This document shows, in pieces, positions 27,649-40,462 of a DNA stretch of 64,000 nucleotides (position 1 is its first letter; the number at the start of each line of letters is the position of its first letter). Both the position numbers and the translations under genes were made by a program. Below the pieces are notes generated by a model. It made no database searches. It saw only the letters and a list, made by a program, of their open reading frames with translations, and was not told the DNA's origin. Origin of the DNA: Psammoneis japonica (lineage: Eukaryota); contig QPGO01000034.1 of the NCBI GenBank assembly GCA_008632985.1, positions 62,001 to 126,000 of the forward strand, read 5' to 3'.

Positions 27649-28340
27649 CTTTAGTACGGTATGCTCGATAGGTGAAACTCGGTTTATTTATTTCCCGCCT
27701 CTTTGGGTTTGACTTTGTGAAGCTCGCCGCTCTCCGTAGCGTTGGTGTGTCTTGAGGTTTTGACTTCCGCTTTGGCTCGAAGCAACAAAAAATGGATTTG
27801 CTGTTGGTCTGTTGTGAGCTTGTCTTGCGGTGGCAACATTTTGCGAGGCACGATGCGATGATGCGACCTGTCAACCGAGCGTAGAACTCACGTGAAATTG
27901 GTACAAAAAATGCGAAATTCTCAAGTGACCGCATTTTTTGTGACGGTCGCCCTTGCTTTTCGCCGATCGTCGGTCGTGTCGTTCACCGCAGTACTAATTC
28001 TACGTACCTCGATGCACAGACAGACGCAAAGCGGAATTCGGAATCTTGTATGGTCAAACATAATAACCTTAGTTGTTCCAAGTTCCAACAGGACGCGTGG
28101 AACCAATACGTACGATTTATACTGGATCCTTACGTATCACGTAGCGATCAGTATTACCGTTGTGTAGGAGGATTATTGAACTTCAACTTGGGCGCGCATC
28201 ACGATCCGCATCTCTCTCGGCGGCGGGAGCTGTCGGTGGTCGGTGGTCGGTGATATGTTCCTCATTCACACCAACACGTCTTTCCGATTGGTAGCTGTTG
28301 CCACTTCTTCTTCGGTGAACACGTTAGTACCATCTTTACC

Positions 28341-29301
28341 ATGCGTCTATCTCTAACAGCTGCGACGATAGCAGCAATCGCTATGATCGGAACAAGCGTT
28401 GATTCTTTCGCAACACAACCTGCTTTTTCGAGACCGGTTGCACAATGTTCCTCCGTTTCCTTGGCGGCAGAGACTACCATGGCGGAAAGTGGCATTCCTC
28501 CAGCATCGGCAAAAGAAGACACGAATGTTGCGGATGATGAAATCCCCACAAATCTTCCCAGTGATTGTGGTATGGACTATATTCCCCTCGCAACAATGCT
28601 TGCCACTGGTCAGCTTGCTGAAGCCGATCAGGTATGTACAAAGGAAAGGTGGCGACCATTTCACGATTTGGCGACAAAACGAGGATTCGACTAACCCGTT
28701 ATCAGATCTATTGGTCGATACCTGTATTGGCTGTGTAATGTTTTGACGACCGTCTCATTTTCTCATTCTTTTTTCGTATGACCACTGACAGTTCACGCGC
28801 GATGCACTCATCAAGATTGCCGGCTCAAAGGACAAGGGTCGCGACTTTGTCTACTTTACTGAAGTCAAGGATATCCCATCTACTGACCTTGCGACAATCG
28901 AGCGTTTGTGGAACAAATTCTCTGGGGGGAAGTTTGGCTATTCTGTCCAAAAGGTAAGGAGTTCTGGTTGCTCGGTTCTTGCTGTGGTTCACGCGTCACG
29001 CGTTGTCACGATCACAACTCATTCATGATTTTGTTGTTTCACAATCTCATCGCTACAGCGTAAATGGAAGCAATCTAAAGAAAATTTTGAGGTATTCTGT
29101 CGCAAAATTGGTTGGACCACACAGGATGGTGAAGTCGAGAGAAAGAAGCGTTGGTTTGGCGCCTCTGAGTTCATCTACGATGTCAAAAAGGCTCCGGAAG
29201 GCCATCTGCCGCTCACAAGTGCGCTGAGAGGAACCTCCTTGATCAAGAACATATTAAATCACCCGGTATGGGATAACGATGACTGGAAAAAGGAGCCTTG
29301 A
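28341..29301 (+). CDS. Plastid-targeted GUN4-like protein, two introns
   Basis: Signal peptide ending VDS-F; DYIPLATMLATGQLAEADQ; IERLWNKFSGGKFGYSVQK; APEGHLPLTSALRG. Confidence 0.88.
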
Positions 29302-29534
29302 TTTCGATGTTGCACGGCACATTTTTCTTTCTAGAGTATCATTTAAGAATTGGAGTACCATAAGAGGTTAGATCACCTGGTAAATATTACCTGGTAATGC
29401 CGTCGTGATCGTTGTGGCTGCACCCTGTCGTCATCGGGGATTGTTGTTTCCTATACTCCTTCAAACAAAACTACACGCAGATGTTCACATAGCAGATATC
29501 GCTGAATTGCCTTGTTGACATCATGATTCCGTCG

Positions 29535-31803
29535 TCATGCCATCGCCTCTTCAAATTGCACCGCGAGAGAGCGTGCTCCTCTTATCCAGCTGTAGACAAC
29601 GATTGCAAGTACCACAGACAAGTACTGCAAATAACAGGCAACATGTAAGAGATTGTGAGCGGCGTGGGCCATTTTTGAATAACAAAGAAGTTGCTTTTGC
29701 AAATAGTACGCACGGGTGCAGCAGCAGTTAGGCTCCCAACGGTAAAAATCAATATTTGCTGAATTAAAGCTCCTCCACTCTTTCCCATTGGATTCCCTAC
29801 AACGTCGATGGCAGCCTTTCCTTTCGTCTTTGATTCTTGGTCAAGTGGAATAAATGCCATTTCTTTACACGGATCGAACAGACTATACTTTGAAGACTTG
29901 CTCAACAAGTTCTGAATGGCCCCGACAATGACAGCCAACATAACTGGGGTTGTCCCTAATGCTGATGCCAGTGGGGAAAATGCTTCCCCAAATATAATCA
30001 AGCAAAAGAAGATCAATCCAGTGAAACCAATTGTCTGGAACGAGTTGTAGCATATGGCGAGCGTTAGACATTCCATCACACGACGACAAGGACTGACTGC
30101 GGACTGCATCTTCTTACCATTGGCGTGACAAGTGCGGCCGCCTTCCAACCAAATTTCTGCAATACAAATCTTCCGACAATCATCATTCCAAGTGTCACGA
30201 TACCCAGGACAGAAGAGAACTTCCCCATAAAGGCAGAGTAGTCGTTTGGATCCGGGAATGCTTGCTATGCAACAGAGATTGGAACGAAATACAACTTGAG
30301 ACATCCCCCTTTTGGTTGCAAAGAAGGTCTGTCCGAGAAAATCAAGCGACACAGCCTCACCTCGAGTTTTGATTTCCAGCTAACCTCACAGATATTTATG
30401 CAGACACCAAAGCTGACCACAAGCGTGGCCAAATTTCGAAGGTATGGGTTGTTCATTAGAATTTTGGCCGATTCGCCTAGTTTCATGTCTGGCTTCTCTT
30501 GTTTGCGAGCCACATTTGGTCTCGCTGGAGCATGCGCAGGACTATTATCTACGACGTGTCGCTGCATCCATGCGTATGTACTCAACAGAAAGACTCCCGA
30601 CATCAATACCGAGCTCACAAAGTAGCGGAGCGACATTCCCCAGGCATCCACGTCCGGCGCAAGAGTTGCACGCTTCTTGGCAATCCATTGTATATACTGT
30701 CCAGAGAACACAAGCGCCACGTTCGCCCCCATCCCAAAGAGTGGATCTGTCGATTTAGGCAGTCATTGGGTTAGAGTGAGTTTGCCCAATGTCGTCGTTT
30801 GTGCACAACCACGGATTGGACTAGCAGGTAAATCTTACAATACTTTTTCGCCTCTTCAACTGTTGTGACTTCATTTGCGAATCCCCAAAACAACAAGGAT
30901 GTGACAACACTCCCCCACATCTCTGCCATGACGTAAAATCCGACGTAACTCCAATTTCGAATGATTGCGAGTGGTGCTGCAAAACCCTGTGGCAAGACAG
31001 ACGCGATCCTATCGACAAAGTCGTGTGGATGCAATGACCCAATGTTTGGATAAATGACAAAAGCAAATACCGCAAAGAAGAGAAGAAACGGAATGGTACA
31101 CGCATAAAACACATATTTCTGTTCCATGATGTCGCAGAGTTTTGCGTAGATCACAGCCATCACCTAGGAATCGCCACGAGCGGATAAGAGAAAAGAAGTC
31201 CGGGGAACAGGCCATGCAACTCTCTCTCTCTAGACACATTCAACACTTACAATAGCTGTCGGCAGAATGGCGTACGTTTTAACAAATGGAATGACTTCTG
31301 CGCCACTTTTTGGTGCTGTTATAATCAAGACATCCTTGGTCGTCCGGAGTATCGTGTAGTTAAAAAGAATGCAGAAGAACATGATTGCAAGAGGTATCAG
31401 CTTCCTTCGTTCGCTTGCAGGAGGCATTGCTGACACGAGCTGCTTCCAAGATGTACATCAAGAGTTGAGCAGAGAATTAGATTTCTTTCTTTGCAAATCG
31501 AATCATCATGTACAAACGTATTGTGTATTTCACCTTGGAAAAGAACCCTTTCTCTGATTCATCCGAGATAGAATTTAGGTCGACTCGGGTACGTTGTCTT
31601 GTCGCACCCCCTCTTGGTATTGTAGAGATTACATAGTCACCAAGGAAAGGTTGGGTCCATCTTTTTCTTGAAGGATGTGAACCAGGCCCTAATCGAATGG
31701 CTGGCGTTGTGGAGCTGCAAGTGGACGAGCGTGATAAAAGTGTCAAGCCGAGCCAACAAGATGCGGCAACTCTCGTCAGTTGAGAAAACGATAAGACTGC
31801 CAT
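29535..31803 (-). CDS. Nucleotide transporter (NTT/TLC ATP/ADP translocase family), multi-exon
   Basis: FCILFNYTILRTTKD, AEMWGSVV..FWGFANE, SKYSLFDPCKEMAFIPLD, KGKAAIDV..GKSGGA. Confidence 0.92.
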
Positions 31804-31906
31804 TATAAAATTCACAGGCAAGTTCCAACTACAAAGCCTGTTTCTATCTACTATAGTCCACTAAAAGGAACCAATTAAAACCACAAGAAGCCTTGTTTCT
31901 TCGAGC

Positions 31907-31934
31907 TGTTGTTGTTGTTGTTGTTGTTGTTGTT
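31907..31934. repeat. (GTT)n microsatellite
   Basis: About 9 GTT units between the divergent NTT and coronin genes. Confidence 0.9.
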
Positions 31935-32251
31935 GGGCCATGGTAGTACGGTAGGTTGAGCTCTTTGGTGGCATCTTTGGCATCGGGCATCGGCATGCGA
32001 ATCGCGCACAAGCGCGCAAGAAGATATGAAGAAATATTCATATTCATTCATGTAGACATTGAAATACCGCACGTGCATTCGAGCGTTGAAGGTGCGCGTG
32101 GTCAGCTTCCATCCGAGCGAGCGCAAAACACCACCACATTGGCATTGCATCGGCAACGACGGTCATCTCTGCCGTTGAGGTCGTTGCACTTAGTTCTGAG
32201 GCGTAGACGTAAGAAGTGTGGTTTCAGTAGGTTCATGACTATATCGTAAAT

Positions 32252-33726
32252 ATGTTCAAGATTCGTCAATCCAAGTACCGGCACATATTCTGTGATCAAC
32301 CCAAACCAGAGGTGAGAATTTGCTTTCATGCGTTTTTACGAGATGACCGAATGTGTGACCTCGCATCTGCGCCTCCCTGTGCACTTTGCTCTGTTTACTC
32401 CTAGTCTTATCTTTCATGAGATGTGCTGTGTAATCATAGGAATGCTTCACGGGGCACCGTCTGTGCACGGTGACCGGCGAACAGCAGTATATAAAAGCGT
32501 CGGCAAAGTACTTCGCGGTAGCTCTGGCAGGTGGCGGCGGGCCCATGTTTGTAGGAAGACACGATAGGCCAGGTCGATTTGAGTCAGGTACAAGTCCAAG
32601 GGTTGAGGGACACACTGGCACTGTGTTGGACGTTGACTTTAATCCCTTTGATGATTCCATGTTTGCGTCTGCGAGCGAAGACACGACCATCAAGCTATGG
32701 GGCATTCCGGATGATTGGGAGCCTACGGACGAAAAGGGAAACGCAAAAAAGGGAGAAAACTTAAAGGAGAGTCTTACGGATCTCGTAGGACATAAGAAGA
32801 AAGTTACGCTCCTTCGTTTCCACCCAACTGCCAGCAATGTACTTGCAAGTACCAGTGCCGATCACACTGTCAAATTGTGGGATGTTGAAAAGGGGGAGAC
32901 GATGAATTCCTTTAGCGGAATGACGGACTTGGCTCATGACATTGTTTGGGATATTAAGGGTGACAATTATGCAACCAGTTGCAAAGATAAGATTGTTCGG
33001 TTGATGGATGCCCGGCAGGGAACAGTAGCTAGTACCATTGAGGGAGCGCACGACGGGGTAAAGACCGTGAAACTCGGTTACATGGGCGAGACGGGAAAGT
33101 TTCTGACGGCTGGAGCCTCGAAGCAGTCTGGTCGGGAGGTCAAGATTTGGGATTTGAAGCAGCTCTCAAAGCCCCTTGTCACTGAAAAGATTGACACTGC
33201 TTCGGGAGCCTTGCTTCCTCTCTATGACAATGATACCGGCGTTCTTTATCTATGTGGGAAGGGGGACGGAATTATTCGTTTGTATGAATTCGAAGACAAG
33301 GAACCTTACCTACACAAATTGAACGATGGATTTCGCTCGAGTCAGTCGGCAAAGGGACTATGTTTGGTTCCAAAGCGTGGTTTGAATGTCATGCAATGCG
33401 AGACAGCGAGACTCATGAAGGTTACCAACACTCAGGGCATTCATCCTCTCACCTTTACTGTCCCCCGAAAGTCAGATGCCTTTCAGGATGACATTTTCCC
33501 AGACTGTGCAGCTCCTATTCCTGCGCATAGCGCTGAAAAGTGGTTGGGAGGCTCATCCAAAGAACCAGTCACCATGTCACTGGATCCAGCCCAACAAAGC
33601 AAATCAACTGTCAAGAAGAAGACGTTCAAAACTGTTGGACAGCTCACACTGGAGCTCAACGAGGCACAAAAGAGGATCGATTACTTGGAAAAGAAGCTCA
33701 CAGAGAACAACATTCCTCTCGACTAA
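32252..33726 (+). CDS. Coronin, one intron (~32312-32440)
   Basis: MFKIRQSKYRHIF, GHTGTVLDVDFNPFDD, CGKGDG, TVPRKSDAFQDDIFP, C-terminal coiled coil. Confidence 0.95.
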
Positions 33727-33845
33727 ATGTAAAGTTTCAGTTGCCTTGATTCCACGACGGGTCGCTACTGTGATTATTTTGTTTCGTTTCAACCTGCTGC
33801 TCTATTTCTTTATAATACTGTATGATTAAAATACGACGTGTTGCT

Positions 33846-34979
33846 TTATCGAACAAATGGGGCCCACGTCCCAATAACACCTTCTGATCCGTACCAAGCA
33901 AAGTCTTCCGGTAGCGAAATTGATGGAGCAGAACCATCAATCAGATTCCAAGGCGTTGGAAGAACATGAGCATGTCGGACATTTTCACCCGACAGGCTAC
34001 ACTTTTCAACCTCGACCCGTCTCGCTGGGGAATCCATGAATGCCAAGTCAGTGGGGACGATCCCGTCGCCACTGCTTCCCAGACGACCAAGGAGCGGAAA
34101 GTAAGAGGACGCCGCCACAAGCTCTTCAACATTGCTAGACAGAATCCTGCCCTTTAGCCCAGAAGACCCTACACAAGTCACGTCAATACCCCGATCAACC
34201 AGCGATTGGGGCGAACATTGTTCAGAGAGTTCAACCTCTTTTAGCAAGCCACGAGTTTGATCTACTAAAGCGTCGTCGGGAGACGAATGCGGGGTACCCA
34301 GCGTGATGAAAGAGCTGCATCGTTTCTGTGCAAGCTGAGATACGGCTGTTGACGATCTTAAGAAAAATACGAAGTCAGAGTTTCGCGCATCATTCTTCAT
34401 TATCAATCTTCACAAACCGTAGACGTGGACTCACCCACTCAGACCTCCAAGATATGCTCGTGCCACCCAACCTCCAATGCTGTGCCCGATTATCGAAACA
34501 TTTGCGTCAGGGCCTTCCTGTGCAAATATTTCGGCCAACGCATTCTCTATTGCCTCGAAATACCACGAGAGTGTTGAATGAACCGGTAAAGTGGCATCCA
34601 GGAAATCTTTTGTTGGGAGATTGCGTGCGACCTTGATCCATTCGGTACGTGGCAGTGGAGCCACCCGGCACGTTCCAAGTACCGCAGAATTACCTTGTGT
34701 GTTGGACATGTGCTTCTCTAACTGAGAAAAGAGAGTCTCGTAGTCAGCAGGAACACAGAACTGAGCTGGGCAAATAAGTACGGAAACTCGGTTTTCCGGC
34801 TTTTTCCCTCCTTCCTTCTCATCTGTAGTCTCCCCTTTGATTCCGACTGGTTCAGGTGTTGAGAATTGTTGTGATTTCTTAGATTGTCTTGCCGCTCTTG
34901 GGTGTGGTATTAGGAAGGCGGACACCGACGGAGCGCGACAGGCAAGAATAAAATAACAGCAAATGAATCCGATACGCAT
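33846..34979 (-). CDS. Alpha/beta hydrolase (PGAP1/lipase-like), probably plastid-targeted, one intron
   Basis: VSA-F cleavage motif; GHSIGG nucleophile elbow; ITLGTPH; GDGIVP. Confidence 0.85.
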
Positions 34980-35420
34980 CTTGGCCGTTGTGTTGTTCGC
35001 TTTTCTTCGTTACACCTTTGCAAGTTAAGTACCGTGGACTGAGGACTGAAGATGAAAGCAGAAAAGAGCATGACGTGACTGACGTGTACCGGTCTTACTT
35101 TACGACAACCGCACCGGTCACCGGTGGTCGCGGCTGGGTGGCGGCGGCGGAGGCGGCGGCGCTGTTTCTGTGTCAGCTCAAAGATGTCAGTCGTAAAGCG
35201 CCAACAACGATCGCCGCCAACAGCTCCGTTAGTCTAGCCATGACGCACGAGACACTAGAGAATCCCCCTTTATTGTAACGGTTATAGGGTTCCAAGTCAA
35301 CACCCAAAGCACAAATTCAAAATAAGCAACTGATGAAAATCGTTACTGACTGTACTCTATGAAAAGCCGTTCGCCTACATTCTACTGCGTTGCCGTAGCT
35401 CGAGATCCCCATATCACATC

Positions 35421-36757
35421 CTAGGGTTTCTGGTCTTCAGGCAGGCCATCAATAATGGATTCACGAACGGCCTCGGCTAGCTCAGCTTCCGTCTTTCCTT
35501 TAGACTCAACCGGATCATGAACAACTACCTTCGCAATTTTCCCAGCCGGACGTGTTGGAAACATAAAAATTGAAGGATGCACCTTTCCAGCGCCAACAAT
35601 TGAGATAGGAACCACGGGTGCTTCATTTTTATGCGCCATTTTGAATGCCCCGTTTTTGAATTCCTGGAGCTTTCCAGAACGGGATCGGGTTCCTTCCGGA
35701 AATGTACACAAATGCACGCCATCCTGAGTCAAACAATGAAATCACAACGAGACGCAAAGTGAGTCATCTGTATTAAAGTCATATTTTGGTAAACATATCT
35801 CGTCCCGGTCTCCTACCTTGAGCATCTGGATTCCATCCTTTAGGGTCTTTAGCTGGGAGCGACGGTTAGTCCTGTCTAACATTATGTTGCCTCCAACCTT
35901 AATTGCCTTGCCAAGAATTGGCACTTTTCCTAGCTCCGCCTTCGAAACAAGTTTGTAGTTCCTGAAGCCAATTGTGTATCCGAGATACGGAATATCCATC
36001 CAAGAATTGTGGTTTGAAACAAACATGGCGGCGGTTTTCCTTCAATAGAATCAAGTTTGACAAAGAGTACGTGAGATGAAAGCAAAACATGACAGAGTCC
36101 AACGGGACGAAACCGATATGGTACCTTTTGAAGAAGTCAGTTAGAATATTCATGTTTTCAATCTTTGGAATCTGCCTCGTAAGCTTCATGAGAGTAACTC
36201 CCCAGATGTGACTGCATGAAACCGGGACACGTCGCTTAAATTCACAGCGTTGCGGACCAACATGTGTGAGTTTCACATCTATGTTATTCATGAAACGCCT
36301 TGAGGCAACAAGAACTTACCAGTCTATCGAAGCGCGATCCAGTGATGAGGTAAAGGAATTGACAAGTAATCAAGGCCACAAACCACGGGATACCCAAGAG
36401 GATGGCGGTGAGTCCATAGTAGATTCCGTACAAGTTGAGCGCGCCATACTTGGTATCAAACGCAAAACGTCCTCCTTCTTCTCGAATCTGTTGTCGACGA
36501 AGCTTCTTCTTGTCATCCACGGCTGATGTCGCAACTGGAAGGTTTTCAGCTCCCTCGGCCGCGGCGGCGGCTGACGCAATAGAGAGACTACCGCTGGTTT
36601 GACGTGAGAAAAGCGATGAATGGATGGCCGGTTGTTTCTGAACGAAAGGTCCAAAGTTGCGAGTTGCTCCGCTCGACAAAGATCCCGACCATGCATTACA
36701 AGAGGATGCCAGGGACGAAGCCACCAAGAATAAAGCAATAGCGTGGACTTTTGCCAT
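35421..36757 (-). CDS. 1-acyl-sn-glycerol-3-phosphate acyltransferase (LPAAT/PlsC), multi-exon, likely plastidial
   Basis: [31 protein letters not shown]-terminal signal peptide. Confidence 0.92.
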
Positions 36758-37141
36758 GGTCACAGTGTTTGTTTTTTGAGATAGCAAATCACCAAATGAC
36801 GACCAGAAAGGAATGATGTTGCAGGATGTTGCGCGTTGTGGTTGCGTGCGTCGTCAATCATGGTGACGTCACCTTGCCCGCGAATTACAGCAGTACATTT
36901 TCCACACAGAGTAGTATATGTAGGATTTGACACGACAATTTCGTATATGACGTAAGATCGACCGTGTCCATATCATTTTATTCGGAATGAACAAAAATAA
37001 TATCCGATCCCGAAAACTGCCAAAAGCCAAAAGCCGCAAAGCTTTCAAGGCGCAAGCACGAACCAACTCGCGCTGGGAGACACGACGCACAAGAAGGATT
37101 TCAGTTTCAGCGACGCGAAGCCCACATTTCTGTAGCAGAAC

Positions 37142-37900
37142 ATGCTGTCAAAGGTAATTAGAGACAACAACCGAGAGGTAGGAACGAGCATGCAACCACC
37201 TCTGATTGTAACCAGGGAAAGAAAAATGACAATGAAAAAGGGAGGTCCAGATCCTTCTGCGAAGCAAAGAAATGATGTGGATGCACATGATGCACAAGAC
37301 GTCAAAGAGAGAAGATTTCACCAACGTTGGTTCCAGCCGCCTCTCATTGTTCTTGACGCTTTTGCAGCACTTACGGAAACGTTGATGTTGAACCGGATTG
37401 GGAGCTCGAATCATCGTGGAGAAGAGCGGGCTACTAGACCTCTGAGAAGAGATCATGACAGGCCGGTCGAATCGGACGGAAGGATGCCGTCAACGCGAAT
37501 AGAAACGCCCCGTCTCCGCAGCTTTGATTCAAGGGTCCCTGAAGAATCTCGTTCCTTGCTTGCAGAGTCAGTATCAGAAATTACCGCTTATCTGAGAAGC
37601 GTGTCCGAATTCACGGGGCCTATCATCCCTGGTCTGGGATTGTTTCTTCTCTGTGCTCTCCAGCCGGTTTTGCTTGTGGCACCGGTTTTGGTATTGGTTA
37701 CCATGATTGTCGCAAAAGCCACACGTATATTTGTGGTTAGCACTATCAGAGATTTAAGCCCAAGACGACGGGCTCCATTATTTTACTACCTTGCGAAAAA
37801 GGGAGGTGGCTCATCAAGCACCGAGAAAAGCGGCACTATTTCCACCTTTTTCAGGTCTTGGTTCCGGCGGCAAGATCAAGAGGGCGAAGAAGAGGGATAA
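37142..37900 (+). CDS. Hypothetical membrane protein
   Basis: 252-aa ORF with a hydrophobic segment, between annotated genes; no recognisable motif. Confidence 0.5.
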   Translation: MLSKVIRDNNREVGTSMQPPLIVTRERKMTMKKGGPDPSAKQRNDVDAHDAQDVKERRFHQRWFQPPLIVLDAFAALTETLMLNRIGSSNHRGEERATRPLRRDHDRPVESDGRMPSTRIETPRLRSFDSRVPEESRSLLAESVSEITAYLRSVSEFTGPIIPGLGLFLLCALQPVLLVAPVLVLVTMIVAKATRIFVVSTIRDLSPRRRAPLFYYLAKKGGGSSSTEKSGTISTFFRSWFRRQDQEGEEEG

Positions 37901-38206
37901 TAGAAATTTCAAGGCAGATAGGAGCTGACAGTCATAGTTCTTTTTCACCTAGTAGATACTTCTACGAACTATAATCGTACCGTTAACATCATTGTAGAAG
38001 TACCGAACATTATGCGTATAGTGAAATCATCATACTCGGAGTAAAATAGAGTGAGTCTCCCATCAAGTGGGCATCAATACATCGGAAGAAGTCTCAGAGA
38101 CACCTGAACGTCAGAAGTGGCTACTTGACTCTCTGTTTCGTTGGCGCCTTGCAGCATCGATTGTAGTGTCTGACGGTATAGACTAACGCGAAATCTTCAC
38201 ATTCTC

Positions 38207-40088
38207 TCAGGATCCTCCGGACCAGCCAGGCTTAACAATATTGAGCACGCCAACTCCAAATGCATACAAGATGGTGAAAGCGACAACACAAAGAAACAAG
38301 AACCCCCCAATTCTACTTCCGGAGTAGGGCTTTCGGTTCAACTCCTCCAAATCGACACGTGAATGTGGCATCCATTGTACGAAAATGATTGAGCTAAACT
38401 GAATGCATGACGCCAAAATCGAGAGCTTGAACAAACCGGTGATCTCTCTGCCTTCCAATGTCTCCAAACTCACATCCCAAATGCCTAACATGAGCGTACT
38501 TATTGCCGGAGATAGCATCATGGCTGAATTCCACACTGTAGTGTACATGGAGTAGGAAACACCCTCGCTGCCCGTCGGGCACAGGTGGACCATCATAATG
38601 CTAACTGGCTATGAAAGGGCGTTTCGCAATAAAGAGACTGTGAGTCCAACGAGAACCGCTACCAGTTTCACAAGATTCCGCGTCTATGGCACGCTTACCA
38701 GGAACTGAATCCCAAAAATGAATTCTGAAAAAGCGTCGCAGGCAAGCGCAAAGAGAAAAGGACTTGAGCCAAACGTCATGCCTCTAATCAGAAACAGTCG
38801 CATGGTTGACACAAACACATTCATTAGGATGCAGAGCATGTATAACTTGCGCCAGCTCAAACGAATTAAACAAAACTTGTATGTCATGATGCCAGCATAC
38901 AACAAGACGTAAGCAGCAACCAATAAGGCGTTGAGTTGTGCTGCGGAAAAGCCAAGGACGGTCTTGAGGAATTGCTTCCAAGCGGCATTGGTGACTTGGA
39001 GCAGATTGAAGACATAAGTCTGGATAGAAGAATAAATGAATCATGAGGAGGAATACGGTATTTGAGATGCTTCTTTTCAGCTTTTTGCGCGACAAGACAA
39101 ATACAGTGCACAATCAGCAGAGAAAGACTTACAAAGCCGAGCGGTTGCCAAACAGCTCTTGAGCAGACCGCCTTCCATATTTCTTGACATTGCTCTCGCG
39201 TGCTAGTTATACTCGACTGCTTTGCTTCTCGAAGTACATGAATCAGAGGCATCATCGTCAAGGGGATAGCGGCTGTGGAAAGCACAATAGGGAATGGTCC
39301 ATGTGTGCTGTACAAAAACGTGGAAATTGGAGCTGCCACCATCATTCCAAAGAACCGATAGGCATAACAGGTCGACTGAAGGTGCCCCTTGCGTCCCTCT
39401 GGTTCCATTCTGACCTTTTCTGCCACAATGGAGTCCGCCGCGACGTCTGCCATCCACATTCCGATCCCAAACACGAAGAATGTTAGACTTAGCCATTGAA
39501 TTGAAGGTGCTACTGTAGAAGGAGAGGTGACGTTCTCTTGAATTTGAAGGGAAAGGCTCAAATCCGAGGTGAAGATCAAGACAAACATGCTGAAAGAGGC
39601 CAGCGTCCAACCTAGCGCCATGTAAACCTTGCGTCGATATCCACAGAGTGGAAAGTTGTCGCTAAGAAACCCAAACAATATCTTGAAGGTAGCCGGAAGT
39701 GTAACGAGACTAGAAACTGTCAATTGTTGAGCTTCTGAAGCACCCAGATCAAGTGTATATACATTCAAAAGGGGGCGGCTTAGTCCTGAGATTCGAATTG
39801 CAAGTCAATGTGTGTCATGTTTGTGAGCACAAAGCAGGTGATATACTGCGTAGAAAAATCTCTTGGCTTCGTACCTTGCAAAAGCCCAACCATAAGGTAG
39901 CAAGCTGGAACTGCCAAATTCTCTACAAGAAGCAATTGTACTTCGCGGGGAACATCGGGGTGCAATAAGTTGCCTCGATCGTGATCAACTTCCAAGGTCT
40001 TCGCTGCCTCTGGGAGCGCAGCTTTGCGCTCCTGATGGCTTTCAACCAGCGGGCGTCGCTCGTATGAAGCTTTATCTTTTGCTACCAT
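38207..40088 (-). CDS. Folate-biopterin transporter (BT1/FBT family), multi-exon
   Basis: LPATFKILFGFLSDNFPLCGYRRK, ADVAADSIVAE, GHLQSTCY, LCPTGSEGVSYSMYTT. Confidence 0.88.
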
Positions 40089-40462
40089 GGTGTTTTGTTC
40101 TCTCTTTCTCTGTTAGCACTGTGCATCATTATTTTCGTTCATGGACCAAAAAATGAGCGAAATCTCCTCGAAATTGGCGAAAGGAAATGTTTACATACAT
40201 GCGCGTGCGTAACTCTACGTATGTACATTTGCTACGACATTTCTACTTACGTAACTTGACAGTATGAAGATCGCGCACAGCTTTCGCGCGATCTTTGTTG
40301 GCGGGAACTGAGCGGCGGCGGCTCGCACCTCGCTCGCACCCGGGCGCGGCTCGGCTAGACTAATCATCATTATCATGGACGCCACAACAAGCAACAAGAG
40401 GATCGTTGCAAGTGCTAACTGTTGGCTGTAAGCTCTTTGAATAAGCCCCCCTTGGTTGTACA